Assembly: GCA_010093705.1 (NCBI GenBank)
Contig: MU006095.1
Coordinates: 124,001-188,000 of the forward strand
Direction: 5' to 3'
DNA from: Patellaria atrata CBS 101060
Lineage: Eukaryota
DNA: 64,000 nt
Below are positions 50,543-61,625 of this stretch, piece by piece. Within the stretch, counting starts at the first letter, position 1, and every line of letters begins with the position of its first letter. Made by a program: the position numbers and the translations under genes. A model generated the notes under the pieces. It had not been told where the DNA came from and ran no database searches. It worked only from the letters and a program-made list of their open reading frames with translations.

Positions 50543-51099
50543 ATGAGTACGTCCAACACGCGACCTCTAACCCACACCTTTGGAAACAATGAGAACTGAT
50601 GAATCCGTGTAGCAAAGGGAACATCCAGCTTCGGCAAGCGCCATAATAAGTCGCACACTCTGTGCAGACGTTGCGGTTAGTGTCTCACTGGCGATATTGG
50701 AGGACATGAAAGAGTAGAACACTGATATCCCGGGTTACGGATAGGGCGTCGTTCATTCCACATTCAAAAGAGCACATGTGCCGCCTGCGGATACCCAAGC
50801 GCTAGTATGAGGAAATGTACGTTCTATTTACTTCCTTCCCCCTGGTCGGATCACTGGTTGTGTGGTGGATTATACAAGCCCCTGTGTCCTTACACTCACG
50901 GCGATCCTTTACTCAAACGGATGCATATCATGGGACGGAAATCACTAATGCATCATTAGACAACTGGGGTGAGAAGGCCAAACGACGACGAGGCGAAGGC
51001 TCCGGCCGTATGCGAACCAAGAAGCTCATCTCCCGCAAGTTTAGCAATGGTTTCCAGGCTGGTGCGCCAAAAGGAGCGAGGGGACCAAGCACATCGTAA
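50543..51099 (+). CDS. RPL37: 60S ribosomal protein L37 (eL37); exons 50543-50546, 50613-50675, 50745-50816, 50960-51099; probable 5'UTR intron 50470-50529
   Basis: Spliced product [40 protein letters not shown]...[10 protein letters not shown], with a C2-C2 zinc finger. Confidence 0.96.
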
Positions 51100-51582
51100 A
51101 TTTGAGATTCAGAACGGGGAGGGGGTGTATTATTGAGTGGCCAGATATAGGGGATGATTGATTGCATGAATTTCATCATTGTGGCGCGGGAGAGCGTCTT
51201 TCAAGCTTCATGGATTTGATATTCGGACATAGAGATGAATGAAATGGATCTTTGTGGCTCGATACCGATTCTCTTAGTATTGCATGCTTTTACCATCACT
51301 ACCATAAACTGGGGGAGTCTATCTCTGTTCCCTACCTCGGGTATGCTGGTCCTAAATATCATGAGGATCGCAATACTCCCCTGTACGGGACACAGTATCG
51401 TAATGCTCGCCTCAATGTGTTAAGTACACATCACGCCATCCCATTCAATCAAGTACCTCATATAATCTGATTCTATATACGACTCTACTTTGTAGATTAT
51501 GCCACACTCATGCATATACTACACAACAGACCCCAAAGAACCACCCCTCCCTATCCCAGAACAACATCCTAAATCTGCCACC

Positions 51583-52287
51583 CTACACAACAATCCACGC
51601 CACAACCCCCATAACGACCCCCAACACCCCACCCCTCGCGCCTCCAGCAGCAGCGCCACCAGTCGGCGCCGTAACCGTCTCAGTTCCCGAAGCCGCAGAC
51701 TCCCCCGTCGTAGTCGCCGCCTCACTCAAACTACCAAGGCCCCCCGAAACGAAACTACTGACCGCCGCGGCACCGGAGCTGCTCAGATCCCCAATTTCAC
51801 TACTCACAGCAGCAGCCTCAGAACTGAGATCCTGGATCTCGCTACTGAAGTCCCCGAGCGCGGAAGTGGGGAGCGGGACGAAGGTAATGGGCGGGGAGAC
51901 CAGGTGCGCGGAGCTCGAGGCTGCGGAGAGGCTGGAGGCTGTGGTTTCGGCGGCTTGAAAGTCGGGGAGGAAGGAGGGGGAGTAGGTTGCGCTGCCGGCG
52001 TATTGGGGGCAGCCGGGGACGGTGGTCTGGGTGGTCGTGAATCAGTGTGTGGTTTGATATATGTGTATTAGGGATTTGGAAGGGAGGGGATAAGGTACCT
52101 TTGGAGGAGCTCGTCCGCCTCCGCAGTCGAGGAAGGCGCAGATCTCGCCTGTGTCGGGGACGTACCAGATTAGAGAGGCTCCGCCGAACGCGACGGTTTC
52201 GGAGGAGATGCAGCCCTCTAGGTCGGTTCTGGCGAGGGAGAGAAGGGGGAGGGAGAGGAGAGTTAGGAGGATGGAGGGGTTACGCAT
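51583..52287 (-). CDS. Secreted, probably GPI-anchored Ser/Thr/Ala-rich surface protein; intron 52098-52027
   Basis: Signal peptide, Cys-containing head ARTDLEGC...WYVPDTGEICAFLDCGGGRAPPKTTVPGCPQY, S/T-rich stalk and hydrophobic C-terminus GVLGVVMGVVAWIVV. Confidence 0.85.
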
Positions 52288-53744
52288 GTTTGGTTTGTAG
52301 ATTCGGTCGATATGAGGTTTGATGGGGAAAGAGAGTGGTGTTAGTTTGATTGAGAGAGTGGATATGTGAAATTTTGGATAGTACACCAGGTACTTTGATT
52401 GTTCTAGATGTAGAACAATGAGAATGAGAGATCGTAGAAGAGAAAAAAAAGAAGAAAGGAAGAATGGAGAACAAAATATGAAAGATGTTTACTACCCCAT
52501 ACTAAAATATTCTGGGTTGAGCTTCGTTTCAGGACACTTGACGCGTGCGGCAAATCAAGCTCTTTGGTGGTGAAGCCATGACGCCATACCAAAAAGGGGT
52601 ACGCGAAAGGGGAAAGGCGTCGCGGTAACTCGGCACAATCGGCACCACCGGAACTTAGCTGCCGAGTTCCGGTTTAGAGCTACAGCCTCTGCCGCTTCCG
52701 TCGGGACGGTTAACTTCACAGAAACTCATCCGGCTTCATTGCTGGAACAGTATGCTGAGATGCGCCGTTAATGTGTACTGTACATTATAGTTTCATACAA
52801 CTAGGTCCGGCTTTCGACGCAGGCGACTTCCTAATTTCCATTCCTAAATGACCAATTGCGACGAATAATACTGTAAGCAAATGTCAGTTAGAAATAAAGG
52901 AAACCGGTTGAGCGACAAGACAATGAGTAGGATTTATCACTATTTTGTCTCCCTGATATCGGATTATAGAATATCTGGAAAGGTCGATATGGAATGAACA
53001 TCCATTGAGCGACCAAAGAGGACGTGGTACGCATGTCACGATATTGCCGTATTTATTTCCCTTCTATGCAAATGGGTTTTGCCTACCTCGAGCTCATTCA
53101 AGGTCTCGTTCATTTATATAGTTTAGGTACTGTACAGGTTGACCTACTTCGTACGTGCCTCTCTGTTTGTTGGGCTAGCTAGTGCCAAAATAATTACCCA
53201 GCTGTACGGTTTGACAAACCTGTACCGTCCTCTCGTACCCGTAAATTCATTCTTTCATAGAAAAACCGGCTTTAGTACCGGTTCGTCTTTGAGATAAAAA
53301 GTTTCCATGTGGTACGCTAGCGCCCATTTCCTACAGCATGTCCTTGGTTCCGCTCCGCTTGTTGAATACATTTCCCTCCACTTATGCTGTCCTACCTAAT
53401 ACTACCTACCCTAACCATGTTCAATCCCCATGGTCTATACAGTAAACTCGCTTTTACGGTACCGGCTGGCTGTGCAATCGAGTCTTTCAATACAAAGGAC
53501 CCCGAGGCCGGGTGTAAATTTCGTCTCCTCAAAAGGCCTCACTCCATCTGTATTGACATACAGTCATTGCAGCATTCACCCGCACCACTATAAGCAATAG
53601 AGGAAGTCAAAATCGACCTTTTAATACGGCCGCCTTTGGCGAAATTTTGCTAATATGACGCTGGGCGGTCTCAAGATAACGCCAAGAACACATGGAATAC
53701 GCTCTGTGGTGAGACACGTAAAGCAATGCATGTGATTCAAGAAG

Positions 53745-54470
53745 ATGTCCACATCGAGTAGCGGGGATGCCTCGGGGGATGGACGGTCGAACGACATGGT
53801 CGAGTACACTTCCGGTAGATGGATGTAAGCGCTTCCCGTTCTGTTGACCTAGAATAATTCTTACTCTTTTAGCTATAATGGGGCTCTCAGATTGAGAGAA
53901 AGAGCATTGAAATCCGACGGCCTGGAGCTTCGGAAAGAGATCACGACCTCCGTACATTCCGCAGATGTGATATCGCTTCAAAAAATCGCCGAGGGAGGCT
54001 TTAATCGCGTATTTCAGGCCACGTGCAACGACGGAAAGATCGTTCTGGCAAGACTTCCGTACCTTTGCACCGAGCCCGAGAGCAATTCGCGGTTGCAAGC
54101 GAGGTCGCCACGATCGAGTATCTGAGGTTGAACCAAATACCGGTTCCGCGAGTTTACAGCTGGTCTTCGACGAAATCTAATCCCATTGGAGCAGAGTACA
54201 TTATTATGGAAAAGCTTGAAGGGGTGACCTTAGCAAATGTTTGGATCGACTTAGATATCAAGAAGCGGCGCAAAGTCATCGAATAGATTGTACTCTTGGA
54301 ACAGAGATTGTTTGCATTGAGATTTCAAGCGAGCGGAAGCATGTACTTCCCGAATGATCTGAGCGATGAAGATCGGTCCCGTTCGGTCCCACCCCATATC
54401 GAGGCTCATGAGTTCTGTATTGGCCTAATGGCTCATTATAGTTGGTAGCATAGGGAACGAGGATCATTCA
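53745..54470 (+). pseudogene. Truncated APH/AIM9-like phosphotransferase (kinase-like) pseudogene
   Basis: EYTSGRWI (intron 53825-53872), KIAEGGFNRVF, ARLPY, ASEVAT, PVPRVYSW and IGAEYIIMEK. Frameshift at ~54078-54082, in-frame TAG at 54284 and 54446, and no catalytic C-lobe seen. Confidence 0.85.
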
Positions 54471-56256
54471 ACTCAGTAGGAGTCCCACCAACTTCGTCCG
54501 CACCCCATTTTGCAAAGAGTCTTTCTCCACAGGGACTTGTATCGGGGGGGTGCTATTGAGTTTTTCCAACCGGATCCGTATTTTGAATGTGTTACGAAGG
54601 GGAGACGTTTGTACTGTGCTCTAAAACAAACTCAGGAATATTCATTCCGGTACAGACTGGTGTCCTAGCGGCTGTATCCTAGCTTACAAATGAATACAGT
54701 ATGAGGTCCAGAGGGTCCAAGACCTTGAAGGTACGACCATACTTGGACGTTGGCGACTAAATGAAACGTAAACATACGTACGACTTAAACCCAGCATCCA
54801 AACGACTTTGGCCTTCCGAGATTGTACGGCTATCCTGGATCTCGACCGGAGATAGACTAATTAGTATGCGAGAAGAGGATTGACTAACCTTTCCAACGCA
54901 ATACCCCAAAAACGAGGCCGTCGGATACCGTACATCGATACATGGCATGAATACCAATTCTACAACGAAGCCACAGTATTTTACAGGACTCAGCCAGCGG
55001 ACAAAGATATCGCTCGTAAGGGCCCGCTGATCCTAGGTAGAATCTGGAATGCTTGGTCCGATGCTCTGCGTAGGGAACCACGAATGGAACTTGATGAATT
55101 CTTTGCTGTCCCTGTAAGAGTTAAGGACCACCCAGCAATGACAGTCGCTGGGATCCTACGAGTGCACCAGTACGTTTGCGCTCAGGTTTGAAAGACGATT
55201 AAAACCCAATGCAATCCCCATACGTACTGGGCCCAGCATTGGCCGGACCGAAGACACAAGCAATTGTGGACATTTGTTGTACCTATCGCGGTGGAAATAC
55301 TTATTGTAAAATTGTTCCAGACTGGTTTTTCTGTTACTTCTCAGCGAATGTGCCAACGGGTCAATGGCTCCAGTCCCGAATGCTCGGGTTTCATTGGACT
55401 GTCATGGCGGCCTGGTATAACTTACCCATACCAAATAAACGTATTCCTCCTGAGCCGCGGCGATGGACTGCAAAGGTGAGGTTGGATGTGTAGCATAACT
55501 TTTCTGGAATTCCTTTCGGTGCTTTCGGACTACTACTTGGAGGGTTCAAGACTTTCCAGCGTCACATTGCCAGTCCATCCCCGGTATAATTTCTCTGTTA
55601 ATCTGTTTAAGTCCTAAGTAGATCAAAGTAATTCTCTTTATCCATTCATCGTTCCAATCAGCGTGTCTCTTCAAATGGCGTTCATCTTTGTGCCTCTCGA
55701 CTCTTACATGATCTCTAGACTGTTGAGCTCATCAACCTCAATCAATGAATCACTACCAACGTATCTACTCATCCCCAAAACATATCCTCCAGACTTTGGA
55801 GAGAGTAAAGACACCCACTTATAACATCGTGCGCTATCTCGTGACCGATATTACTATCTATCGGTCCATATCAAACTCTGCAACTAAGAGCTTACAAATT
55901 TATAATCCTGTCCAGACACCTACACGTTTGATTTCGCATTCAATTTCCACCCTGCTCTGCTGTCCGATCGAGTATCCACATAAAGGACTGGAGTGGAAAG
56001 ATACCTATAGGAAGCAGAGCGGGGGAGGTATGCATATAGCACCAAAGGGGAGGAGCCGCGGGCTCATATTGTGGAGCCCTAGGGAACTTGGGGAAAGGGG
56101 TAGCGGAACGGCCTAAGACCGTACTGAAGCAGTAAGGTGAGTAAGCGCTCTTGATGATGGTCGTTGGTAGTGATTCTTGGTGGTTCTGATGACGATGAAC
56201 ATCCGTGGTGATGATGATTGGTGATGATGATGATTGGTGGTGATAATGATCGGTGA

Positions 56257-56352
56257 TGATGAAGACTCGCAGTAATGAAGACTCGCCGCGATGAAGACTC
56301 ACAGTGATGATGACTCGCAATGATGATGACTCACAGTGATGAAGACTCGTAG
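56257..56352. repeat. 16-bp minisatellite (TGATGAAGACTCRCAG) x6, preceded by a GAT/GGT-rich low-complexity tract from ~56150
   Basis: Six consecutive 16-nt units read directly. Confidence 0.9.
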
Positions 56353-57089
56353 TGATGATAAAACCATCTACACCTTCCAACCGCAGCGCAACGAATAACG
56401 ATACACCCCCAGATATCACAACCACCCTTCCCGTACAAAAGCTTATTCTGATAATAGGAAGGATAGCGATCTCCGGAATATATCGATGATGTCCCATTTA
56501 CTGAACCTGCGCTCATATCGGGCCTTGAAGGCTTGAACTAAATCTACACTAGTCGTTATAAAGTCCGATCAGAGACTTTTGAAGAATCGAAGATTGGATT
56601 TATGGAACTCGGTAGGTATGAGGGCCTATAGGTTTTATTACCTTTGGGATGGAAAGGGGGAGGGGAGGGGTACAGTAAGATCAGTCAATCATGGTGTTAG
56701 CGGGGTATTTCTTGATTTATTGACGTACGGTGGGTTGGATGGTAGGGTATGGTAGGGGGAGCGTGGAACTAGAGGGAGACGGGAAGGTATAAAATCAGGG
56801 CAGTCTTGGGAAGAGAGGATGTTGTACTGTACTAAGGGGATGTACGGTATAGGAGGAGGGGAGTGAATGGAATAAGGGTGCTGTATGAAAGGCGGTGGGT
56901 ACGGGATTAGTGAGAGAAATGGGGGGAGAGAAGGCGGTAAATTAGGTGAGGTATATAGTATAGGGGAAGTCTATAGAACAGGGGCAGGGTTTTCAATGGG
57001 GAGAGTGTATGGAATATGGGGATGATACAGTAGGTGGTCAGTGTAAAGAATACGAGCGCATAAATTAAGGAAACAATTAAGATGTGGGA

Positions 57090-57358
57090 ACTGTACAGGA
57101 TGAATGGACTGTATAAGATAAGGAAAGTGTGTAGAATAGGTAGACCGTACGGAATGAGCGAGTGTACGAATTGAGGAGACTGTATGAGATATGAGATCTG
57201 TACAGGATAAGGGAACTGCACAGAATAAGGAGCCAGTGCAGAATGGCTACACCGTACAAAATAACTACGCCATATAGAACGACCAGTCCGTATAAAATGA
57301 GTACCCGGTACAGAACAAGGGAGTAGTACAGGATAACCAGACCATTCAAAATATGGGG
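57090..57358. repeat. Degenerate 18-bp tandem array (consensus ~ACYGTACAGAATAAGGRR), 15 clear units with fading copies on both sides
   Basis: Units start at 57090, 57108, 57126, 57144 (17 nt), 57161 and so on to 57341. Confidence 0.85.
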
Positions 57359-57966
57359 GTGTACCGATATAATGTGACAAATTTACTGAGCCAAGGAGCT
57401 GTACAATAAGTGGAAGTACATAGAATAACAAAGGTTACAGGATAACAGCGCAGTAAGAATATCAGAACTGCATCAAAAAAAAAAGGTTTACATCATGAGG
57501 GGAGTGAAAAGAAGGGAGAAAGAAGCAGGACCAAGGATTGCGAAAATATTGCGCACTTTACTAAGAATACTCACCGGAGAAATACATGTGTGACCCTCAC
57601 CCAGCATTCCCAAGAGTCCGCAACCATGAAGCGGGATGAGGTAGGGAAACTTACTATTTCACCTCAGTGATGTCCCGGAAACCGGAAGACAAAAGTAAGC
57701 TTTGGGAAATTCATGGCAACACACCCACAAAGAGGAAATAGCACAATCAAGCAAGAAGTGGCAGAAATTCCAATGTTCTATACTACAAACTGCCAAAACC
57801 GGTCCTGATCGAAGAGTGGCGAATATGAGGAATTGCTATGAGTTCAGTTTACCATATCGCTAATGTACCCCATTCTACTCCAACTCTCTAGATCTTCAAG
57901 CAGAATCCAGACTAGCTCCCCCAAAAGCCACCCCCAACCCCATCAAGACCCCAGATCTACCCCCTC

Positions 57967-60900
57967 TCAACTCCCCCTGGTCTTCTTCCACATTGTTGTC
58001 AACCCTGACGACCCCGTCTTCGTGGTGGTCTGTACAACCACCCTGATTGGGGGCACCAGGGTATGCGGCGCTGTTGCCGGTACGGGAACCAGCGTATTCG
58101 GCGTGTTGGGGAGGACCGGCCCCTCAGTGGGGGGCGGCGAGGACGACGCACAAGCAGCGGAGGGTGGTGCGACCTGGTGATGCACCTCCGGCGCCAATGG
58201 TGGAATCAGTGATGATTCCGGAGCGGGCCGTGGTGCTGGCTCCGGTATCGTCACCTCCGCGAACTTGGGTGACGTGGCAGCATTACCTGCTCGTGCGATC
58301 CTCCCCAACTCGTTTCCAAAGATCCAGGGGAAGGAGATCATGGGTGTCTCCTCGAACTTTAGCCTTTCCTCCGCTTCCATCGCCGTTACAGTGTACATGG
58401 CGGCAATGAACCTTTCCATTTGGCCAAAATCATTTGGCGTACTGGCTCCGGCAGCTTGTGCACACTCTTTGCGTGCTGATTGTCTGAGTTCGCTCATGAG
58501 ATCCCCCATCTTCTCGATGAACCTGTAGTCGCTTCCGGAATAGTTGTGTTGGAGGATAAAGGTCGAAAAGACCTCAAACTCCGTCTTGATACCAGATCGG
58601 CGCAACATATTCCGCATTTCCGTATCGTAACTTTCTTTCACTGACCTTGCAGCTTCTAGCACTTCTGGCTCGAGATCGAAGGCGTTGAGGATACGGCGGT
58701 CAAACGGAAGGGAATAATCAGGCTCAAAAGCCTGTTCTTTCGCCCCATCGTACATCATCCCAAGGAATGATTCTGAGTGGTACTTTAGAAAGACAGGTCC
58801 AACTAGATAGTGAGGCTTTTGGCGGACAAAGAGATCTGGATCCATGATTGCTGGTACTCCAGTCTTGGCGAAGTCGACGGCGATGGAGTGGAGGTTTGCA
58901 AGCTTGAGGCCTACTTTAGGTTAGTGACTTGATGGATAGAATAAGGTAGAATACACTTACATTTCTCGTGTGAGACACCAAACGGATCGGTGTTCTTATC
59001 AAACCAGGTCAAATGTGCGTTAGCAATCTGACCAAGGTTGTCCTGCTTCATATACGTGAGAAAGAATTCCTTGGTATCTTCCGTCGTCACAGGATTTGGG
59101 AGAATGGGCGATGCGACGGAGGTATGCTGCATGGGTTTATGATTCCACTTGGAAGGAGCTGGAACCAGCGATGGGTCCCAGAAGACAAAGTATTCGTCGC
59201 CGTCAAGATCTCCACCGGAGCACATGCTGGGGATGTCTTGGTCACCGGTCTGTGGAAACACGACCACATTCCTGAGATGATTGAGTTCAGGCTTATTAAC
59301 AGCCCGAACAACGCGAATGTCGCCTGGATGCAAGCAAGGGCTGCGCCCTACGATACAGATCCCTTCTATGATTTCATATTTACCATTTTGATCTTGACAA
59401 GGAATCTGGAGAAATATTTCTGGCAGTGCGGATTCCAACTGCGCGCGGGTTGCATCCTTCAACGTTGCTTTATCCAATGGATAGTAACCTTGTAAGACGG
59501 CGCATTCATCCACACAGCCTAGGACAAAGGCGCTCTTGGGAATAGGTATACGCCCCTTATCCTTTACGAGTTTGAGGCTCCAGGAGTACCAATTTCCGAG
59601 AAGAGCTCTGATGAATGGATCTTGACGCTTCAGGAAGCCATAGGTTACCATGTCGGCGATGAATAATGTCGTCTCGTTTTTGTCAACTTGACGCCGGAGG
59701 ATCGATACAGCTCTGGCTTCATCATTCAGAGCGTCGTCTAGACCTCGATATAGAGCCTGCGTCTTGTTGATAAATACCTCTTTCTTGATACCGAGGGTGT
59801 AAAGGATGGCCATTATTTGGCGGTTTAGTGCTGCAATGCCGAAATTCGACACTTTGCAAATATGCAAGCCGGTGAATTTATTCCCGAACTTTTGTTGGCT
59901 TGGTCGCACCGCGATCTCAATGCCAGGCATTTCTAATTGACTCGTATTTCCGTCATCATTTGTTCGTGAATTGTTGCACACAGTGAGAACGCCTTTCCAT
60001 CCTCCTCCGCACGCACGGAATTGGACGAGTGAGGGTGGATCAATGAGACCCCACTCATGTGCAATAAGTTTAGCTGTCAACTGTGACATCTTACCAACAC
60101 CATCTGTGAATAGGACACCGTTTCGTTCGATGTCGTGTATATTGTGAACAGTAGCATTGGATCCTACTGTATGAATTGCTCTCGTAGTCGAGAATGCTTG
60201 AGCAAGGCGAGCAGCGTGCTTCGCTACAACCCGCTCATGATCGATGTTCCCAATCCATTTACGAATGTGCTCCGCTGTGATGCCATCGCCGTCTTCATTA
60301 GCAAAGAAGTACGCCGAATTATCCTTCAACTGAGAATTGCTGAAATGGAGAAATTCATAGACACGGTCGCCGATGCGAATCCCGTTGCGCAAGACATTCT
60401 TGATACGCTGTGATAGTGCGTCGCCATCTCGGTTGTATTGTGCTTGTATACCTGGACTGGTTTGCGCTTCGGTACCTTGACCGTGTTGTCCTATGGCACC
60501 TCGACCCTGCTGTCCTCCGGTACCTCGACCGCGTTGTCCACCGCGTTGTGTTTGGAAATTTCGACCACGATGTGCTCTGGTACCTCGACTACTTTCTGCT
60601 TCGGGTTTCCGGTTACGTAGGTTTAGTTTGCTTTCGCTTTGCTCCTCAGTAAATTTGATTCGGATGAATCTGTCCAGGACACGGCGGAAGTGCCGAAACA
60701 CATTGTTGGACGTTTCTAGTGTGGGTGCACACGGCATGAAACGGGTTGGGGTTACAATACCAGACCGGATCCGAACGAATTCCTCCGAAGAAGACTTCCA
60801 GACCCTCCGTGCACGTGTGCCCCGGAGGTGAAACAGCTTGGTCGGGTCCAGTAGCCTGACGTTAGAGGCGACTGCTTGCTCCAGAAGGGATGAAGCTCGT

Positions 60901-61625
60901 TCGGGTTCCATAGCTTGTAACGTTCTCAACCATTCAAGCGTAATGGAGTGTGAGTTAATGACACGCTCACAAAGACAGACCTCTAGCATATACCTCACAG
61001 TAAACGGGAGATGGACCTTTTCTTCGATCATGCTCAAGATCGAGCTATCCTTGTCTACTAGCGGGTGATTTATCAAAGACCAGACTACCGATTGTTGAAG
61101 GTCCACCCATTTAACTTTGTTATCTGACTGGGTGAGAAATGCAGGTGTTAAGCTGTTGATGGCTACAGCAATTTCATTGGGCTTTGGTAGCTCACTCGAT
61201 CGGGTTAAATCGTATCTGAAGCACATTGCTTTGCCTATATCGATTTCAACGTTTTCCATTTGGTAACTGAGGGGTTGGGTCATGAGTGGATCTTCATAGG
61301 GGGGAAGGTGAGTTATCCGCTGCCAGTTGAGTTGTTCACGATTCTTAGCAGCCGGCATGGCGAGGTACCGAGGTGGGTTGTCGAGGGCTAGGGTCAAAGT
61401 ATTGCTGTTGATTGAACCGTATATAATGTCATACGCGTGTATCTCGATCATGTAAGACATCCCTTCTCGTGAAAATGTAAACCGAAGCCCGCGTGCCACG
61501 AAGTCAACCTGGAGAATCATGGGAGTGAGACCAGCAGTGTTCACTGCATCGACCGTAGCCACATTCATGATCACATTGAGAGCAATCTGTCTCCCAAAGG
61601 AGAGGCGAGCGCCTTGAAGGTTCAT
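57967..61625 (-). CDS. Cellular RNA-dependent RNA polymerase (RNAi), SAD-1-like, ~1202 aa; intron 58960-58911
   Basis: RFIRIKF, YEFLHFSNSQ, ARLAQAFSTT, FTDGVG, RPSQQKF, LNRQ, PCLHPGD, catalytic CSGGDLDGD, HSIAVDFAKTG (after splicing) and ISFPW. Confidence 0.93.

Noticed and set aside
50817..50959. Intronic snoRNA in the longest RPL37 intron
   Set aside because: No C/D boxes or convincing H/ACA double hairpin seen by eye; it would need snoscan/snoGPS or Rfam.
54284..54448. TAG stops as candidates for A-to-I restorative editing (UAG>UGG)
   Set aside because: The gene also has a frameshift and is truncated, and one stop sits at an apparent Gln position. Ordinary pseudogenisation is simpler.
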